Assembly (NCBI RefSeq): GCF_000018105.1 | Contig: NC_009925.1 | Span: 3,480,001 to 3,512,000 of the forward strand | Length of the DNA: 32,000 nucleotides | Direction: 5' to 3' | Source of the DNA: Acaryochloris marina MBIC11017 | GTDB taxonomy: Bacteria; Cyanobacteriota; Cyanobacteriia; Thermosynechococcales; Thermosynechococcaceae | Part shown: piece by piece, positions 25,165 to 32,000 of the stretch | How positions within the stretch are numbered: position 1 is the stretch's first letter | Layout: every line of letters begins with the position of its first letter | The notes under the pieces: model-generated | The model's input: only the letters and a program-made list of their open reading frames with translations | What the model was told of the DNA's origin: nothing | The model's database searches: none | Position numbers and translations under genes: made by a program

Positions 25165-26133
25165 CTATCCCATTTGCCGCAGCCACCTGGGAATCTGTTC
25201 TGAGAATTGATGATGATAATTCTGGGCTTCGCTAGCGCTCATGCCTTCATGGCGGGCATCTTCAAGCAGCTTGCTCATGGATCGCATACGGTCTTCTACG
25301 TCCACCCAGGAATCCGGCGACGCTTTCAAGAGAGCATTGAGCTGAGAGCGGATACGATCTGCTGCAGGCGTACCATTGACGGGAGAAGCCGCTGGACTTG
25401 AAGACGCTGACTGAAGTCGAGGGGTTGGCACTTCACAAGCGACCGGCGGCGCATGGGTGCTAATTAAATATTGCTCTAAGCGAGACGGCAAGCTGGGAGG
25501 AGGGTCTAACAGCTGGCTTTGAGGAGGGATGTAGGTATGGGTCTGGTCATCATAGGCCAAGACTTCCCCAGTCTCGATGTGATAAATCCAGCCATAAATT
25601 TGCAGTTTGCCCTGCAGCAGCCGCGATCGCACAATGGGATATGTCTTCAGATTATCAATCTGTACCAAGACATTTTCGGCCACTAAAATTTCAACCCGCT
25701 CTTCCCCTTGGGATTCGGGATAGTTCTCTGCCACCAATCGTCGGGTGGTTTCGGCATGTTGTAACCAGTCATAGACCAAGGGCATATCTGCTTGCAGCTT
25801 ATTCAGCTTCATCAGCCCTTTCATCGCCCCACAGTGGGAATGGCCGCAGATCACCACTTGATCGATCTCTAGAGCAGCAATGGCATATTCAATGGTGCCA
25901 CCTTCGCCGCCATTGGCCGCTCCATAGGGGGGCACAATATTACCGGCATTACGGATGACAAATAATTCTCCTACATCCGTCTGGGTAATCAGATTGGGGT
26001 CAACCCGCGAATCAGAGCAGGAGATAAATAGGACACGGGGCTTTTGACCGTGAGAGAGTTCTTCTAAGAGTTCTTGATTTTGGGCAACATAGCTTTGCTT
26101 AAACTCTTGTAGACCACGAACTAGCTTTTTCAC
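25165..26133 (-). CDS. ccaA: carboxysomal beta-carbonic anhydrase CcaA/IcfA with a long C-terminal extension
   Basis: Near-identical blocks to the CcaA/IcfA I remember: PRVLFISCSDSRVDPNLITQ, GELFVIRNAGNIVPPYGAANGGEG, IEYAIAAL, VICGHSHCGAMKGLMKLN, MPLVYDWLQHAETTRRLV, ILVAENVLVQIDNLKTYPIVRSRLLQGKLQIYGWIY. GTG start with AAGGAAG 7 nt upstream. Confidence 0.88.
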   Translation of the reverse strand: MKKLVRGLQEFKQSYVAQNQELLEELSHGQKPRVLFISCSDSRVDPNLITQTDVGELFVIRNAGNIVPPYGAANGGEGGTIEYAIAALEIDQVVICGHSHCGAMKGLMKLNKLQADMPLVYDWLQHAETTRRLVAENYPESQGEERVEILVAENVLVQIDNLKTYPIVRSRLLQGKLQIYGWIYHIETGEVLAYDDQTHTYIPPQSQLLDPPPSLPSRLEQYLISTHAPPVACEVPTPRLQSASSSPAASPVNGTPAADRIRSQLNALLKASPDSWVDVEDRMRSMSKLLEDARHEGMSASEAQNYHHQFSEQIPRWLRQMG

Positions 26134-26324
26134 GACTCAACTTCCTTGACACGACTTGGCGCGAACCATGTCATCCGGCTTAGTCCACGCAAGTTCTGGG
26201 ATTGTAATCTTCTCAAGACTTCAGTTTAAACTATATTCAAGCAGTCAAAAGATATAAAAAATTTATCGTTGCCATCATGTCGTGATCCGTTGGCGATTCG
26301 GCTCGGTAATCTTCTCATGACCGG

Positions 26325-27224
26325 ATGCTTGGGGCCCTAGAAGCAGCTATGCAAGATAGACGCCACCCTTATCAAGCCTTTGATCCAACCTTAATCCGCT
26401 CATTTATTGAGTCGGTGGGCCCGCATCTGGTCCTCCATTCCGTAGAGCTGTGCACAGCGGGAAAAAGCAATACCAACTTCAAGTTAACCCTGAGCGATGG
26501 CAGTTTATATATCCTGAGGCTGTACGCCAACAGCAAACCTGAGCAAGACGCCTATATTTTTAAACTCGTGCAAGATATTGTCCCTGTACCTGAGCTACTG
26601 GCTCAAGGACCCCAGTGGGCCATCTTGTCGTTTTTACCTGGGCAGCTGTTGACTGAGACACCAGACCATGTGGAGCAGGCCGCCACTGCTCTTGCCCGTC
26701 TCGCTGACCTCAAATTCAATACACCGGGTCAGCTACAGACAGATGGATCGATCACCCCCTTCGACTTTGGCGGACTCTCGGACTATATGGCGCAACAGCT
26801 CCATCATCCAGAGGTTCAGTTTTGGCTCGGACTAGACGGGCTGAAACGTCTGCAACGCCTCCTAGCTCAAGAGGTGAATCGTCTCAAGGAACTCGACACC
26901 TCAACCTGTCTCGTTCATGGGGACTTCAATCCCACCAATATTCTGATTCAGGATGGTCAGGTGAGTGGTGTGCTCGATTGGGACTATTGCCATTCGGGAA
27001 CGCCCTACATGGATATTGGCAATCTGCTCCGGCATACCCCCATCAACCAGCACCCACAAATTAAGGCAGGACTGGAACGGGGAGGAATGAAGTTGCCGCC
27101 GGATTGGCAGCGACGGGCTGAGTTGGTTGATTTGACCAGTCAGCTAGAATTCTTGACCTCTAGTCGTTCTGACACCTTTAAACAGCAATGTGTGGACAGA
27201 GTGAATCTGTTTCTTCGGATGTAA
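26325..27224 (+). CDS. aminoglycoside/choline-kinase-type phosphotransferase (APH family)
   Basis: Catalytic loop LVHGDFNPTNILI and metal-binding VLDWDYCHSG, on a kinase-like bilobal layout. The start codon is uncertain. Confidence 0.75.
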   Translation: MLGALEAAMQDRRHPYQAFDPTLIRSFIESVGPHLVLHSVELCTAGKSNTNFKLTLSDGSLYILRLYANSKPEQDAYIFKLVQDIVPVPELLAQGPQWAILSFLPGQLLTETPDHVEQAATALARLADLKFNTPGQLQTDGSITPFDFGGLSDYMAQQLHHPEVQFWLGLDGLKRLQRLLAQEVNRLKELDTSTCLVHGDFNPTNILIQDGQVSGVLDWDYCHSGTPYMDIGNLLRHTPINQHPQIKAGLERGGMKLPPDWQRRAELVDLTSQLEFLTSSRSDTFKQQCVDRVNLFLRM

Positions 27225-27260
27225 CGTGAGAAAAGCAGCGCTTCGCCATGCTGCAAGAGT

Positions 27261-27566
27261 TTATTTGTATAGCTGAGAGTTATGGGAGCCGGGTCTAGGC
27301 ATTGGCGGTATCTTGCTCTGGTTCCGATGCAGTAATCTCACAGCGATACAACCCATCACCATCATGGCTGCACCGATACCCAATATCCAATTGGAATGTA
27401 GTAAAGGTCCACAGAGTATTGCAATGAAGCCCAGCAATATAAGTCGGACTGCCCAGATCTTGTAAAGCTTTCTTCTGTTAAGAAGAGAGGGCAGTCTCCA
27501 AGCGTTTGGAGTACTGAAACTATTCTTTGTCCCTGGACGTCCCTGACTCATGGCTATTGTTCTCAA
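27261..27566 (-). CDS. hypothetical small membrane protein (two predicted TM helices)
   Basis: The only support is ORF length and two hydrophobic stretches (IWAVRLILLGFIAILCGPLL, ILGIGAAMMVMGCIAVRLL). I recognise no homology. Confidence 0.35.
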   Translation of the reverse strand: MRTIAMSQGRPGTKNSFSTPNAWRLPSLLNRRKLYKIWAVRLILLGFIAILCGPLLHSNWILGIGAAMMVMGCIAVRLLHRNQSKIPPMPRPGSHNSQLYK

Positions 27567-27718
27567 TAGTCGCTAATGCCCGTCATCCTACCAGTAATGT
27601 TATTTAAGGAAATTATTTCTTAGATGCGATTTCATGAAACATAAATTTCCTTGTATCGGGACATTCTAGAGAACTGAGGATGATAGGCTATGAAAATTGT
27701 TTTTGCAGATAATGATTT

Positions 27719-29194
27719 ATGAGTCCAATTGATTGGGTTATCGTTGTCGCTTACGCCGTAATCGTTCTTGGGATTGGACTCTCAGCTAGTCGTAAACAAA
27801 AGAATACAGATGAGTATTTTCGAGGTTCCAAACAATTGCCTTGGTGGGCGATTGGTATCTCAATTATTGCGACTTCCTTCTCGGCTGCATCACTGCTGGG
27901 TGGTCCGGGAGAAGGTTACACCCATGGATTTCTCTACCTTCAGCTTCAGATTGGAGACCTGTTGGGATTTAGTTTAGTTATTCTGCTCTTTTTGCCATTT
28001 TTCATCCGATTGAACCTAACAACGGCTTATGAATATCTAGAACGTCGTTTTGATGCCAAAACTCGGTCTTTGGGCTCCCTGTGCTTTATCTTATTTGTTG
28101 TTGCTCGTCTTGGAGCCTTGCTATATGGTGCTTCCATTGTCGTTGCAACAGTTACTGCGATGCCTCTGTCCCTCGCAATTATTGTGGTGGGTTTGGCTTC
28201 AGTGATTTATACCGTCACTGGCGGAATAACAGCCGTTGTTTGGACTGATTTTCTTCAGTTTGTGATGATTTTTGTGGGTCTAATTGCAGGCTTATGGGCT
28301 GCTTCAATTAGTGTCCCTGGTGGTCTAGGTGCTTTGTGGATGGCGGCGGGAGAGGGAGGTAAGCTGCAGGTGATAGATTTATCTTGGGATCCTGCCTCAG
28401 TTCGCGCTCTACCGACTGCCCTCTTTGCTTATGGTATTCTTGCCTTTGCGGTAGCTGGCACCAATCAACAATCCGTACAGAGATACGTCTCTTGCTCAGA
28501 TGTTCCGTCCGGCAGAAAAGCAATCCTACTGGGTTGGTTTACTGGGTTTATCGGTGTTGGTGTCACATTGCTTTTGGGGGTCTTCCTCTATGGCTTCTAT
28601 TCTCTTAATGTGGGTGCACTTCCAGAAGGGGTAGTAGGTGATCAGATTCTACCTCACTTTATTGTGAATCAAGTGCCTCCAGTGGCTGCTGGTCTTTTGG
28701 TCGCAGCTATTTTTGCAGCAGCCATGTCGTCGATTGATTCTGCGCTTCATTCGTTAGCAACATGCATTGTTGTGGATTTTTATCAGCGATATTCCAAGGT
28801 GAATCGAACGGATGCCCATTACTTAAAAGCGGCAAAAGCGTGGATTATTGTGTGTGGAATTCTAGGGATTCTTTCTGCTTTTTATGTGGCTTCCACGAAA
28901 GAATCATTATTAGAATTTTTAGTTGAATATACAGCCTTATTCTTGGGGCCCTTATTAGGTCTATTTTTAATGGGAATTCTGATTCCTCGGATTAATGCAA
29001 CCGGAGCATTTTTTGGCGTTCTTTTAGCCGCTGCTTTGCTAGCTATTGACAGTCAGCTACAATTCCTGAAATTTCCAGGTATTTGGCGTTCCGCCATCTC
29101 AGCTCCTTTGGCTGTGATCCTCGGCTATGGTATTTCCCTCTTGGGTAAACCTCCATTGCCGTCTTCAATCAAGGAGCTAACCTTCTGGCAATAA
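27719..29194 (+). CDS. sodium:solute symporter family (SSF) transporter
   Basis: About 12-13 TM segments and the SSF signature region YTVTGGITAVVWTDFLQFVMI. The N-terminal layout is typical of SSF. Confidence 0.88.
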   Translation: MSPIDWVIVVAYAVIVLGIGLSASRKQKNTDEYFRGSKQLPWWAIGISIIATSFSAASLLGGPGEGYTHGFLYLQLQIGDLLGFSLVILLFLPFFIRLNLTTAYEYLERRFDAKTRSLGSLCFILFVVARLGALLYGASIVVATVTAMPLSLAIIVVGLASVIYTVTGGITAVVWTDFLQFVMIFVGLIAGLWAASISVPGGLGALWMAAGEGGKLQVIDLSWDPASVRALPTALFAYGILAFAVAGTNQQSVQRYVSCSDVPSGRKAILLGWFTGFIGVGVTLLLGVFLYGFYSLNVGALPEGVVGDQILPHFIVNQVPPVAAGLLVAAIFAAAMSSIDSALHSLATCIVVDFYQRYSKVNRTDAHYLKAAKAWIIVCGILGILSAFYVASTKESLLEFLVEYTALFLGPLLGLFLMGILIPRINATGAFFGVLLAAALLAIDSQLQFLKFPGIWRSAISAPLAVILGYGISLLGKPPLPSSIKELTFWQ

Positions 29195-29424
29195 CATCTG
29201 TGCAGTGACAGCCTCGCCAAGGTTCGTAAATTGTGATGGTTGAAGTTTCAATGGTGGTGAAGACGCATAAACCATATACTGTGCTGAATGATGACTTCCG
29301 CTGGCTTCAGTGTTCTCTGTCGTCTAAAAAATTTCCACTCTGCATAATCTCTAGAAAACTACCCTACTGAGTGAATGAAGAGCTTTGCTTCTCTTTCAAA
29401 CATTCCACAGTAAGGTACAACACT

Positions 29425-29967
29425 ATGCAACGCATTACTCTATCTCAACTGACTCAGACCGCAACTCAACGCCTGTTGACGTTAGGAGCTTTAGTCACCC
29501 TCTCTGCTAGCAGTGTGATAGCAGCGCCGCAGCAGGCCCAATGCCCGGACGGTTGGGAACCCTCTCCTAGCCCCGCTACTAAATGTCAACCCGGCAGTTT
29601 CACGCATCAGACTCCTCAACCGCTGCGTTTTCGCAGAGCAGATCTAAAGGTTCGGCAGTATCGATTTAGTCGCAGGAGTACCAAACGAATCAAGATTCAG
29701 GTGGCGAATGCCGGACTTAGAGCAGCACGGCCTACGGTGCTACGCCTGACAGTTCGGCGTATTGATGGTACACCGGTCGGGCGGATGATGAAGATCAAAG
29801 TGCCCATTATTAACGGTCGGCAAACCCAATGGGTGAGCTTGAATGCCGCTCAGATTTTGCCCAAAACAGTGGCCCTCAAAGACACCACCTTTCGCATTGA
29901 TGTGGATTCAACGAATTTCGTGAAAGAATCCAACGAAAAAAACAATACCACTTGGCACAACCTTTAG
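29425..29967 (+). CDS. secreted CARDB-domain protein
   Basis: Signal peptide (LLTLGALVTLSASSVIA|AP) when started at the ATG at 29425. The C-terminal domain starts DLKV, has IKIQVANAG, and ends VDSTNFVKESNEKNN, which matches the CARDB pattern (D..N.v.EsnE.NN). Confidence 0.65.
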   Translation: MQRITLSQLTQTATQRLLTLGALVTLSASSVIAAPQQAQCPDGWEPSPSPATKCQPGSFTHQTPQPLRFRRADLKVRQYRFSRRSTKRIKIQVANAGLRAARPTVLRLTVRRIDGTPVGRMMKIKVPIINGRQTQWVSLNAAQILPKTVALKDTTFRIDVDSTNFVKESNEKNNTTWHNL

Positions 29968-29979
29968 GGGATGTGGATC

Positions 29980-30022
29980 GGGAGAGAGTGTTGTGTCTAG
30001 GGCTCTCTTCCTGCGGCTTTTT
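29980..30022 (+). terminator. possible intrinsic terminator after the CARDB gene
   Basis: GGGAGAGAG (29980-29988) pairs with CTCTCTTCC (30003-30011), giving 9 bp with one G-U and a 14-nt loop. A TTTTT run follows at 30018-30022. The loop is large and the T-run is 6 nt from the stem, so this call is weak. Confidence 0.3.
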
Positions 30023-30432
30023 GCCTGAGAATACACCGTCCACATGTGATGGTTATCACTTCTCCAGACTTGAACTATCACAGCTGCTATAGACCGGTAT
30101 CACGGCTATCAGCATGATGAATGGCTAATAATTTTGTCATTCCAGTCTAACTCTGTGGCTGCCCGACTCAATTCGCCACGGGGCACAAGAGGAGATTTTG
30201 ATAGTAACGCTTGTTTATTCTGTTGTTGCTGAGCAATAGGTTATGACTCATCCCCAAGATTTTGAGCAGAGTTCCCAATTCGATCGCTACGGTGCTGGAT
30301 CTACCCCGAACCTCACGGTTGAAATTTCTAGTCGTCCACTCTATCGTCAAGTTCGGAGACAGAGATCTGGGATGACGCCTATGGACTCTATCGAGTTTGA
30401 AGGTACGGCATTGGATCAGTTATCCCATGGCA

Positions 30433-30440
30433 AGGTTGCT
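30433..30440. repeat. target-site duplication, left copy (AGGTTGCT)
   Basis: Identical 8-mer directly abutting each inverted repeat. 8-9 bp duplications are typical of IS1. Confidence 0.8.
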
Positions 30441-30463
30441 GGCGTTGCTCAATGACGGGATGA
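30441..30463. repeat. IS1-family terminal inverted repeat (stop-proximal end)
   Basis: GGCGTTGCTCAATGACGGGATGA is the exact reverse complement of 31214-31236. Confidence 0.9.
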
Positions 30464-30464
30464 C

Positions 30465-31154
30465 TCACGCAGGAATAGGTACTTCCCCAAACTTGAGATA
30501 GTGGATCAATAGTCGAATTGAATGCTTGAGCATGTCCACCGACTTTGAATAACATAAAGTCTTGCGATGGAGCCGTGCCAAGTAATGTCGTAAACGAGTA
30601 TTTTCTCCCTCTACTCGTGTCATGTAGGTCTTGCTAACAATCTGGTCACCCTCTGGGATAAAGCCTGGATAGACGGGATTGCCATCACTGACCCAGAAAA
30701 AACATTGCCAACAGACGATTGCTTGCCATAACGGTCGAAAGGTCTCAGCACTATGGTCACCCACAACCCAGCCTAGAATGCCGGGGTGAAAATGATCCAC
30801 CACAGTCCAAATCCAGACCTTATTGCGTTTTTTGCCCACAAAGGTTTCGAGTTCATCTAATTCTCCGACCTGTGGGATATCGTCGGGGTCATAAGCATTG
30901 GGTAATAGAACTCCAACTTGTTGAACCCAATGAATCACAGTGGTATGAGCAACGCCTATGACTCGTTCGATACCCTTCAACCCCATTCCATTGACATACA
31001 TTCTCAGGCAGAGTCGTTTCGTCCAATCACTGTAGCCACGCTTTGAGTAAGTTGAAAGAAACTGTCGTCCACAGGTCACACAGATATGATTTTGTTTACC
31101 TCGACGATGCCCATTCTTATGGATATGTTGACCACCACACTCAGGACACTTCAT
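30465..31154 (-). CDS. IS1-family transposase (single fused ORF)
   Basis: N-terminal zinc finger CPECGGQHIHKNGHRRGKQNHICVTCGRQF, an HTH (GIERVIGVAHTTVIHWV), and a DDE-type catalytic region typical of IS1 InsAB-like proteins. The stop lies 2 nt inside the inverted repeat. Confidence 0.9.
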   Translation of the reverse strand: MKCPECGGQHIHKNGHRRGKQNHICVTCGRQFLSTYSKRGYSDWTKRLCLRMYVNGMGLKGIERVIGVAHTTVIHWVQQVGVLLPNAYDPDDIPQVGELDELETFVGKKRNKVWIWTVVDHFHPGILGWVVGDHSAETFRPLWQAIVCWQCFFWVSDGNPVYPGFIPEGDQIVSKTYMTRVEGENTRLRHYLARLHRKTLCYSKSVDMLKHSIRLLIHYLKFGEVPIPA

Positions 31155-31213
31155 ACAGATTCCTCATGATGTTTGAAATAGTCATGAGGTTATCCTGACG
31201 CAATCCAATTAAT

Positions 31214-31236
31214 TCATCCCGTCATTGAGCAACGCC
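31214..31236. repeat. IS1-family terminal inverted repeat (start-proximal end)
   Basis: TCATCCCGTCATTGAGCAACGCC is the exact reverse complement of 30441-30463. Confidence 0.9.
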
Positions 31237-31244
31237 AGGTTGCT
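31237..31244. repeat. target-site duplication, right copy (AGGTTGCT)
   Basis: Identical 8-mer directly abutting each inverted repeat. Confidence 0.8.
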
Positions 31245-31639
31245 TGGTGGGTTGAGATCGCAAGTTGGTTTGTCTATGGCATACCCATGGGAATCTTAGC
31301 GTTTCCGATTCTGGGAGAGCAGGTCAAGGTAATGGGAGACCATCTCATAAAACTCTTCCATTCCCCGTTGTCTGGCACGCTGTGGTTTCAATTTTTGATG
31401 ATCTTGTTTGCCACTGCATTTCTAGTCATGGTGTGTCTTTGTACGCTGATGATTCTGGTGAAAGGGACGATCCGGAAACTCCAACAGCACCGTTAAAATC
31501 TCTGGACCCATGATTAAGCTGAGCTTAAAGAGATTGAACTGGTCATACCTATCCCCACTTTTCTTTCTCTAGAGACTCACAAGTTCCTCAACTTTCATCC
31601 ATAAGCTGAAAAAAGAGGCTATGGAACAGGAGTCTGAGC

Positions 31640-32000
31640 ATGAGAACACATCATCATCGGGGGGATGATCGCCAAAAAATTATTGCCTTATGGACGGCCT
31701 TTCTATTGGGCATGCTCTTTCATACCCAACTGGCTTTAATGCCGTTGTTTCATGGGCTGAGTGTGGCCCACTCCCATATCAATGATCTACCCCTCACTAC
31801 TCTTTTTTGGCTGGTGTTGGGCGTTTTTGGCATGGCGATGGCTGCCATTATTGCCACCGCTTTTGTGAAAGGACAACGATACAAAACGCTACATTTTGGC
31901 TTGACGTTGCTTTATACCGTCATCAATATTAGCCACCTAACCCTGGACCTCATCGTCGGGGTCCCCAGCTATCAGCTTTGTCTGATGGGGTATCTGCTGT
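31640..32000 (+). CDS. hypothetical membrane protein, 3' end outside the window (not in the ORF track)
   Basis: My own translation from the ATG at 31640 stays open to the window end: MRTHHHRGDDRQKIIALWTAFLLGMLFHTQLALMPLFHGLSVAHSH...LFWLVLGVFGMAMAAIIATAF... It has several hydrophobic helices. I recognise no homology. Confidence 0.45.
   Translation, partial: MRTHHHRGDDRQKIIALWTAFLLGMLFHTQLALMPLFHGLSVAHSHINDLPLTTLFWLVLGVFGMAMAAIIATAFVKGQRYKTLHFGLTLLYTVINISHLTLDLIVGVPSYQLCLMGYLL

Larger units (their letters stand above)
30441..31236 (-). mobile_element. IS1-family insertion sequence, 796 bp, apparently intact
   Basis: Perfect 23-bp terminal inverted repeats, a single 229-aa transposase ORF filling the element, and flanking 8-bp direct repeats AGGTTGCT. 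Confidence 0.9.
30243..31496 (+). pseudogene. about 150-aa membrane-protein gene interrupted by the IS1-family element
   Basis: ORF 30243..30455 runs in frame up to the IS boundary (codon GCT ends at 30440). Removing the IS and one copy of the 8-bp duplication joins it in frame to 31245..31496 (the frame of ORF 31287..31496). The restored junction reads ...LSHGKVA-WWVEIASWFVYGIPMGILAFPIL... Confidence 0.7.

Noticed and set aside
31514-31528. 15-nt palindrome TTAAGCT-G-AGCTTAA just downstream of the interrupted membrane-protein gene.
   Set aside because: It is short, AT-rich and cannot form a hairpin because the loop would be 1 nt. There is no second copy in the window and no clear context.
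1-32000. A scan of intergenic regions for CRISPR arrays, rRNA, tRNA, tmRNA or riboswitch-like structures.
   Set aside because: No spaced direct-repeat array, no cloverleaf-compatible sequence and no long conserved-looking structured leader was visible by eye. Intergenic regions are mostly under 200 nt. A covariance-model search (Infernal/Rfam, tRNAscan) would be needed to be certain.

Overview
The window reads as chromosomal DNA from a beta-cyanobacterium. It has 11 copies of the HIP1 palindrome GCGATCGC and a CcaA/IcfA-type carboxysomal beta-carbonic anhydrase. Gene order, left to right:

1. A tightly packed plus-strand block: clpX (5' end outside the window), an alpha/beta hydrolase, mutL, and a membrane-anchored NYN/LOTUS protein.
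2. A 1408-aa CBS-PAS-GGDEF-EAL c-di-GMP signalling protein, then mutS2 (both minus strand).
3. An envelope metal/redox-looking island at about 12.1-21.2 kb. On the minus strand it runs merR, OmpR-type regulator, histidine kinase (split by a frameshift in a C6 run), a secreted protein with an extreme Met/His-rich tract, and an outer-membrane barrel. Divergent from merR is a glutaredoxin-MauE fusion gene, followed by a Tat-exported purple-acid-type phosphoesterase and a second, paralogous two-component pair.
4. A SAM methyltransferase, an amylosucrase-type GH13 enzyme, a bacterioferritin-like protein and ccaA.
5. A HIP1-free tail that looks more AT-rich. It holds an APH-like kinase, a sodium:solute symporter, a CARDB secreted protein, and an intact IS1-family element (23-bp perfect inverted repeats, 8-bp target duplication) that cleanly splits a roughly 150-aa membrane-protein gene.

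The best candidate for something undescribed is the merR / Grx-MauE locus. It carries two complete back-to-back MerR-type promoters with 19-nt spacers, and it is coupled to a two-component system and the Met/His-rich protein.

I found no rRNA, tRNA or CRISPR array. All calls come from reading the sequence and the ORF track by eye. Coordinates in non-coding regions may be off by 1-2 nt, and no database search was run.
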